From sequence record OY253666.1: a DNA stretch of 32,000 bases; one strand, 5' to 3'. The notes beneath the pieces were generated by a model that was not told the DNA's origin, did no database searches, and was given only the letters and a program-made list of their open reading frames with translations. Every line of letters begins with the position of its first letter. Within the stretch, counting starts at the first letter, position 1. The position numbers and the translations under genes are program-made. Positions 28,701 through 32,000 of the stretch are shown piece after piece.

Positions 28701-28816
28701 GCGAGATACAAGAATGTTTGTTGTACGAATTGGACGACTGTCATTTCTTGACCTAGCGCATCAAAACTGGCATTGATCCAATCAATGTAATCTCGAATTG
28801 CAGTAACAAAAACCAT
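25727..28816 (-). CDS. ycf1: Ycf1 / Tic214-like large membrane protein (divergent chlorophyte form)
   Basis: The ORF track gives 25727..28867 (1046 aa). The N-terminal multi-TM region includes GFLNSAFTALPFSCAQLIALRRFYVQG..TSIGVIAGHTFLL..GCRPIIIPWLQFEPWNY. This parallels the remembered Ycf1 N-terminal block (F.TTFSIGPSYLFLLRARV..G..ATTGFITGQ...). A highly charged K/E/R/Q-rich middle follows. The start is placed at Met18 (ATG 28814-28816), 7 nt after GGAGGA. The homology is judged from memory, not from a search. Confidence 0.6.
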   Translation of the reverse strand: MVFVTAIRDYIDWINASFDALGQEMTVVQFVQQTFLYLASSVKIGFLYLITFQWLRDFAYLPILIPQYTEAVVKEHLYFAENPVVNVFSFAETPTLLQHKFIIGFLNSAFTALPFSCAQLIALRRFYVQGWPAAAATSIGVIAGHTFLLMLVLFGCRPIIIPWLQFEPWNYIIGLTIILRIAYEMGQAGGVTQYREFSATYQKAFISMGAAAFVLTLCEQSVIFNHISNLTFGLEPNILEPTTSTSVNLTMQHSLYLVGFTLGSLVFTYLSYWAAVGFRLVVTQIFRITQVRFHAYYHRYSKLFIITLALSSVPFYGIDYFVTNPLGFVPYDTALIPGVLAPNTTHDLKIKSWGGKVNQTREVSSDQAIAGFDRGIFMRYIEGKANPEDQKTGNVFATPEDYTIPVEYAWMTEFHRRPAVRYEFIMRHKKTLERFYGWLEQTGTGDMLAKMTGSETVQERQDRTQRERDEKHQEEQVQRTELQKREKLWTAEQFDQFTIVDNYSWKDEPFNPNGNQAEAHTAYQLAKSVLGDTDFAKLENTQTLLNDLRSEAETGQRDATEQLNLTDATETNVPRFLVQQNFQEKVHYEQLGKVKKNEDTSEMTLPWIWPGLNSFFPENLQDGMRPRHAFFRGPKQRRAQDMFFKSPFYKVLMRTDIDTFLARQRKSHLLTADEEAELYYKRTMLSDYYNSLRKYRRMNNSQEFRMAYGGVKSFAHRVFNHQFKGTYRIARRLFAVDLNPAAHPNFPEHRERVFKYDMPLFDDTRSHNPMIHEELQKARDLKQAARQTSKRGKSTRRPKPFFKPTNANPFYCGWDETKRQFVLTNRLLPRTMAGGRMTIPSEFQEYRDLAKLAQDEFEKQPKRKAARTGTPKHQRKENEIVFTWWPVPASVANNHLRWDSRRGVYFTDRGERHKLDSETDIELVARFNPEYDRLPGNEGAGLLRTPAVIPDLEFEPWTDEQWPSGLNVTTLGAPLGWWFTTKPPTPFADRGGFVWPGHETLKIDIETFIPDTIRPVIQQARDFYREYLT

Positions 28817-28871
28817 AGGTTCCTCCAATAGGTCGAATATAAAAAGATCACGGCGGTGTGCCCGCATGCTC

Positions 28872-28924
28872 AGTGCACCGTATTATTGTCGCATAAGCCT
28901 GAACAATAAAAAAAACGGTGCACT
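28872..28924 (-). terminator. Composite stem-loop (agtgcaccgt / acggtgcact outer 10 bp; ttattgt / acaataa inner 7 bp) between cysT and the ycf1-like ORF
   Basis: Direct reading. It lies 7 nt downstream of the cysT stop. Confidence 0.5.
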
Positions 28925-28930
28925 TGTGGG

Positions 28931-29797
28931 TTAAAGTCGCAGTTGGCGATACCGTGACTGAAACCAATTTACGCTCAAAAGCACGATTCCTGATAAAAAC
29001 AGGAAAACGGTGCCAATAACCGTAGCAGTTAGATACTCGTATTGTTCTAAATTTTGAAAAATTAATACAGAAACAAGTAAGTCGTTGTAAGGCATATTTG
29101 AAGACACGACAACGACCGCACCATATTCACCTAATGCGCGTGAAAATGCCAATGTTATTCCTGTTAAAAAGGATGGAAAAATGGGCGGTACAATGACTTT
29201 CCAGAATGTCTGGAAGGGTGATGCCCCTAAGCTCCAGGCTACTTCTTCGAGTTCCGGATCGAGTGCTTGCAAGACTGGTTGGACGGTCCGTACAACAAAG
29301 GGGAAGGAGACAAATAGCATGGCTAAGGCAATTCCTGTTTTGTTGTACATGAGAGAGACGCCGAACTGTGCGGCCCAACGCCCGACCCACCCATGCGGGT
29401 TATAAATCGTCATGAGGGTTAAACCTGCCACTGAGGTTGGGAGGGCGAACGGAAAATCGACAATGGAGTCGATAATTTTTTTGCCAGGAAAGTTATACCT
29501 GACAAGAATCCATGCCACTAAAAAACCAAAACATCCGTTTATTGCCGCTGCTAGCAGCGCGAGGGAGAGGGTCACTTTGTAGGCAGACACGGCTTTGGCT
29601 GTTGTTGCGAGTTTCCAGAAATCATTCACGAGGGCTTGGCTTGAATAGTGAATTAAGGCTGAAATGGGGATGACCAGAATAATCCCCATATAGCTTAAAA
29701 CAAGCACCCACATCCACGGTAGGCGCCCCAATGCCGTATCTCGAAAATTCGAAAAAGGGTGAATTTTTTTGGTTTGGTTTGTACTAAAACGAGTCAT
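28931..29797 (-). CDS. cysT: Sulfate ABC transporter permease CysT
   Basis: 288-aa polytopic ORF with a CysT/CysW-type permease signature (DFPFALPTSVAGLTLMTIY, ..EEVAWSLGAS..FWKVI.P, ALGEYGAVVVVS). Confidence 0.9.
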   Translation of the reverse strand: MTRFSTNQTKKIHPFSNFRDTALGRLPWMWVLVLSYMGIILVIPISALIHYSSQALVNDFWKLATTAKAVSAYKVTLSLALLAAAINGCFGFLVAWILVRYNFPGKKIIDSIVDFPFALPTSVAGLTLMTIYNPHGWVGRWAAQFGVSLMYNKTGIALAMLFVSFPFVVRTVQPVLQALDPELEEVAWSLGASPFQTFWKVIVPPIFPSFLTGITLAFSRALGEYGAVVVVSSNMPYNDLLVSVLIFQNLEQYEYLTATVIGTVFLFLSGIVLLSVNWFQSRYRQLRL

Positions 29798-29828
29798 ACA
29801 TCTGTGTTAAACCGGGATTTGGTGGATG

Positions 29829-29984
29829 TTATTCAGACGTGCCAGTTTGTTCTGGGGCGCGGCGTTTGAGGAGTGAAAGGGCTAACGATAAAGCCTTGTT
29901 TGCTTTGTCGCGGGCCTCTTGTTTCCATAATGTTTTACGAGTGCGTGTTTTTGCTTTGGAAAGACGTTTTTTAGGGACAGGCAT
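29829..29984 (-). CDS. rpl32: Ribosomal protein L32
   Basis: Manual translation gives MPVPKKRLSKAKTRTRKTLWKQEARDKANKALSLALSLLKRRAPEQTGTSE*. It has the canonical L32 N-terminus (M.VPKKR.SK.K.R.R...WK). It is too short for the ORF track. Confidence 0.9.
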   Translation of the reverse strand: MPVPKKRLSKAKTRTRKTLWKQEARDKANKALSLALSLLKRRAPEQTGTSE

Positions 29985-30047
29985 AATGAAAAAGAGAATA
30001 AAAAAAAATAAATAAAATTCAAGTGATTAGTGAAATGATCTTTGTGA

Positions 30048-30079
30048 AAGTATACCATAAAATTTTAAAATGTATACTT
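30048..30079. promoter_or_regulatory. AT-rich inverted repeat aagtatac-N16-gtatactt carrying TATAC(T)-type -10-like boxes on both strands, between rpl32 and trnK
   Basis: The minus strand reads tggTATACT (extended -10-like, facing rpl32). The + strand reads TATACT at 30073-30078 (facing trnK, 93 nt upstream). This is a motif match only. Confidence 0.25.
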
Positions 30080-30170
30080 TTTCGTGGAAACTATACCTGG
30101 GCATACCGTTTCATGTATAAAATGCTTGCATCACCTTGAAAATCTACGTACCATTATATATGACGTCCAC

Positions 30171-30243
30171 GAGTTGCTAGCTCAATGGCTAGAGTTTTCG
30201 GCTTTTAACCGACCGGTTCTGGGTTCGAGTCCCAGGCAACTCA
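30171..30243 (+). tRNA. trnK: tRNA-Lys (UUU), intronless
   Basis: 73-nt cloverleaf. Acceptor gagttgc/gcaactc. Anticodon loop cttttaa giving anticodon TTT. T-arm ctggg-ttcgagt-cccag. There is one U:C mismatch at the top of the anticodon stem. Confidence 0.85.
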
Positions 30244-30289
30244 ATATGACCCTTTTCAGTATTAATAACCAGTAAGCTAATACCGAAAG

Positions 30290-31000
30290 TTAAAACCCCA
30301 ATTTGGTGAGTAGTGGGAGGATAATATAACGAAGTTGGGCGCGCGTTGTTTCACATGCACCGTTGGTTGGGTCCGGGTACACGGGGAGATGCAGTATGCG
30401 CATCAAAAGTCCCGTCTCATCGCGATGCATTGCCGCAATGGGTCGATGCATCGTTATACACTGTCCTGTCAGGCACGCCTGTTTAGCCGATTCGTCGTTA
30501 CACAGTGCTGCTTTTGAGGGTGTAGGTACGTCTTTAATCGGCTTCCCAAAGAGCATCCGCGCATAGCTAAATAGACCCGACTCTTGCTGGTCTGAGCGTG
30601 TATGCCCGTTGGCAAGAACGTTTGGTGTATTGTTGTTGCTTATCAGTCGCGTGTTCATGTATGCACGCCATTGACTGGCGTGGTGTTCAGAATTGGTCTG
30701 GTGGGTCGGCATCACTGCCCAGTGTGGGCAATTTAACCAAAAACTGATTTTGGTGGTATGGTCGGCCATAAAAAAATTGGAATCCTGCCACATATGATTG
30801 TAATGAAGGGTGCGTAGGCTGTGCCCTCGAGTACAGGCCGTATGGTACAGAAGCCATAGTGCGACGGTCGAATCTTGCCCGCCGGAAAACAATACCGTGC
30901 GTGCTGAGATATCGTGATTCGAGAAACGTGCACGCTTTTCAAGGTTTTCAAGATGCCGGAAACTTAATAACCGGGTGGTATGTCGAGAATCGTGTGTCAT
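30290..31000 (-). CDS. tilS: tRNA(Ile)-lysidine synthase (TilS / Ycf62)
   Basis: The ORF track gives 30290..31114. Motifs present: PP-loop SGGQDS (VLFSGGQDSTVALWLL), LHYNHMWQ, NGHTRSDQQES, and HRPIAAMHRDE..LHLPVYPDPTN, matching the TilS motif order. The start is placed at Met39 (ATG 30998-31000) because the longer form overlaps the upstream secG-like ORF by 55 nt. The start remains uncertain. Confidence 0.8.
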   Translation of the reverse strand: MTHDSRHTTRLLSFRHLENLEKRARFSNHDISARTVLFSGGQDSTVALWLLYHTACTRGHSLRTLHYNHMWQDSNFFMADHTTKISFWLNCPHWAVMPTHQTNSEHHASQWRAYMNTRLISNNNTPNVLANGHTRSDQQESGLFSYARMLFGKPIKDVPTPSKAALCNDESAKQACLTGQCITMHRPIAAMHRDETGLLMRILHLPVYPDPTNGACETTRAQLRYIILPLLTKLGF

Positions 31001-31059
31001 GGGCGTTTCTGAATACAGCTGTTTGACGTTGTCGGATGACAACGTCGACGTAGGTGCAG

Positions 31060-31266
31060 CTAGGCGCGTGCTGCTAAATACGTAACTAGGAAATACATAA
31101 AAAGCGTTCCCCATGAGAGCCGCGTCATAAACCGTTTGGCCTCACTGTACGTAGCGAAGACTCCACTTGCGTAGAATCTTCGTAATGTGAAATTGACTTT
31201 TGGTGTTTGGGGTATTAACAAAACAAGAACAAGAAGCCCTAAAAAAACTTGAAGTGCGTTTAACAT
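31060..31266 (-). CDS. SecG-like small membrane protein (Ycf47-like)
   Basis: 68-aa ORF MLNALQVFLGLLVLVLLIPQTPK...RLSWGTLFMYFLVTYL. It has two hydrophobic segments with a Q-x-P-K loop after the first helix, resembling the SecG/Ycf47 layout. The assignment is from memory of the family pattern only. Confidence 0.5.
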   Translation of the reverse strand: MLNALQVFLGLLVLVLLIPQTPKVNFTLRRFYASGVFATYSEAKRFMTRLSWGTLFMYFLVTYLAARA

Positions 31267-31308
31267 ATTGGTAATTTTTTCTCCATGAGGGTTAACCTCT
31301 GATTGTGC

Positions 31309-31854
31309 TTACGGGAACCGGATATCCCATCGGCGACGCGGTGACTTTTGTCGTGGTGGATTTCTCCGATCATTTTTTGGTTTTCGTATGAAGAGGTACC
31401 AAAACACGTACTGTTGTCCTAAAACCGCAATGAAAACGATGGCCGTCTCCAGCAATAAAAGTACTGTAAAGGCAATGACGGTAACGGACATCGACGATGT
31501 ATACCACCGAGGTGTAAGTGCTTGGCGTTTGAGTAGATTGCTCAACATTTCAGCTGGGTGCGCACCTAACACCCGGCGTGTGAGTACGTAATACGTGATG
31601 CCAGGAACCAGGTTCGGGGCAAACCGTTTACATGTAAAGGTTAAAATATCAACCATTTTTTCATACAGCGCTTTGAGTGTGAGCGCACGCTGAATAGTCA
31701 AGAGTAATTCTAAAATCTTTTCTTGCCTGTTGTTTTCTTCATATGGGTCGTGTGAAATGTTAGCGTGGCGCATAAGAGTTTCTAAGTATCGGTGTATACG
31801 GTGTGTGGGCTTTGTATGACTTGACCTTTTTGTCCTGCGTGGTGTATGATACAT
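31309..31854 (-). CDS. Hypothetical protein (orf181): basic N- and C-termini with a long hydrophobic segment
   Basis: 181-codon ORF on the same strand as, and 42 nt upstream of, the secG-like ORF. It has a predicted TM stretch MSVTVIAFTVLLLLETAIVFIAVLGQQYVFWYLFI and Arg/Lys/Pro-rich tails. I recognise no family. Coding status rests only on ORF length and operon-like placement. Confidence 0.4.
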   Translation of the reverse strand: MYHTPRRTKRSSHTKPTHRIHRYLETLMRHANISHDPYEENNRQEKILELLLTIQRALTLKALYEKMVDILTFTCKRFAPNLVPGITYYVLTRRVLGAHPAEMLSNLLKRQALTPRWYTSSMSVTVIAFTVLLLLETAIVFIAVLGQQYVFWYLFIRKPKNDRRNPPRQKSPRRRWDIRFP

Positions 31855-32000
31855 AATATCGCGCTAAACACTGTATTCGCCATTGGCGGGATGGTTGGTG
31901 CACGTACACGTATAAGCCTTGGATAAGTTTGAGTAACATTATTCTACAAGTCAAGTTCGTTGATTTGCAGAAGTGTGCTTTTAGTAGAGGTGATAAGTTT

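Overview
This window is a green-algal (chlorophyte-type) plastid genome fragment. I found no prokaryotic accessory island, defence system, CRISPR array or mobile element.

Evidence for a plastid:
- The gene content is plastid-typical: ycf12, psaM, psbK, rpoC2-rpoC1-rpoB, chlB, psbJ-L-F-E, atpA-F-H-I, psaA-psaB, a ycf1/Tic214-like ORF, cysT, rpl32, tilS (ycf62), a secG/ycf47-like ORF, and 9 tRNA genes.
- atpF abuts atpA with no atpG or atpD between them, which argues against a cyanobacterium.
- trnK-UUU and trnL-UAA lack introns, there is no matK, atpF and rpoC1 are uninterrupted, and tilS and cysT are present. Together these point to a non-streptophyte green alga with a fairly GC-rich plastome. 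The taxon is an inference.
- All recognised genes are intact under the standard code, and GGAG-type Shine-Dalgarno boxes precede many starts.

Observations worth a second look:
1. Three long G homopolymers (G12, G17, A9G17), all on the + strand, sit at junctions between conserved gene blocks.
2. An unassignable 181-codon ORF lies upstream of secG-like/tilS.
3. The three PEP RNA polymerase subunits carry lineage-specific length expansions.
4. Several tRNA oddities occur: an intronless trnL-UAA, a trnL-GAG, and an A2:C71 mismatch in trnC.
5. Long perfect inverted repeats lie at gene 3' ends and in spacers.
6. The ancestral rpo-rps2-atp cluster is rearranged.

All calls come from reading the sequence by eye and from remembered family motifs. 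No database search was run.
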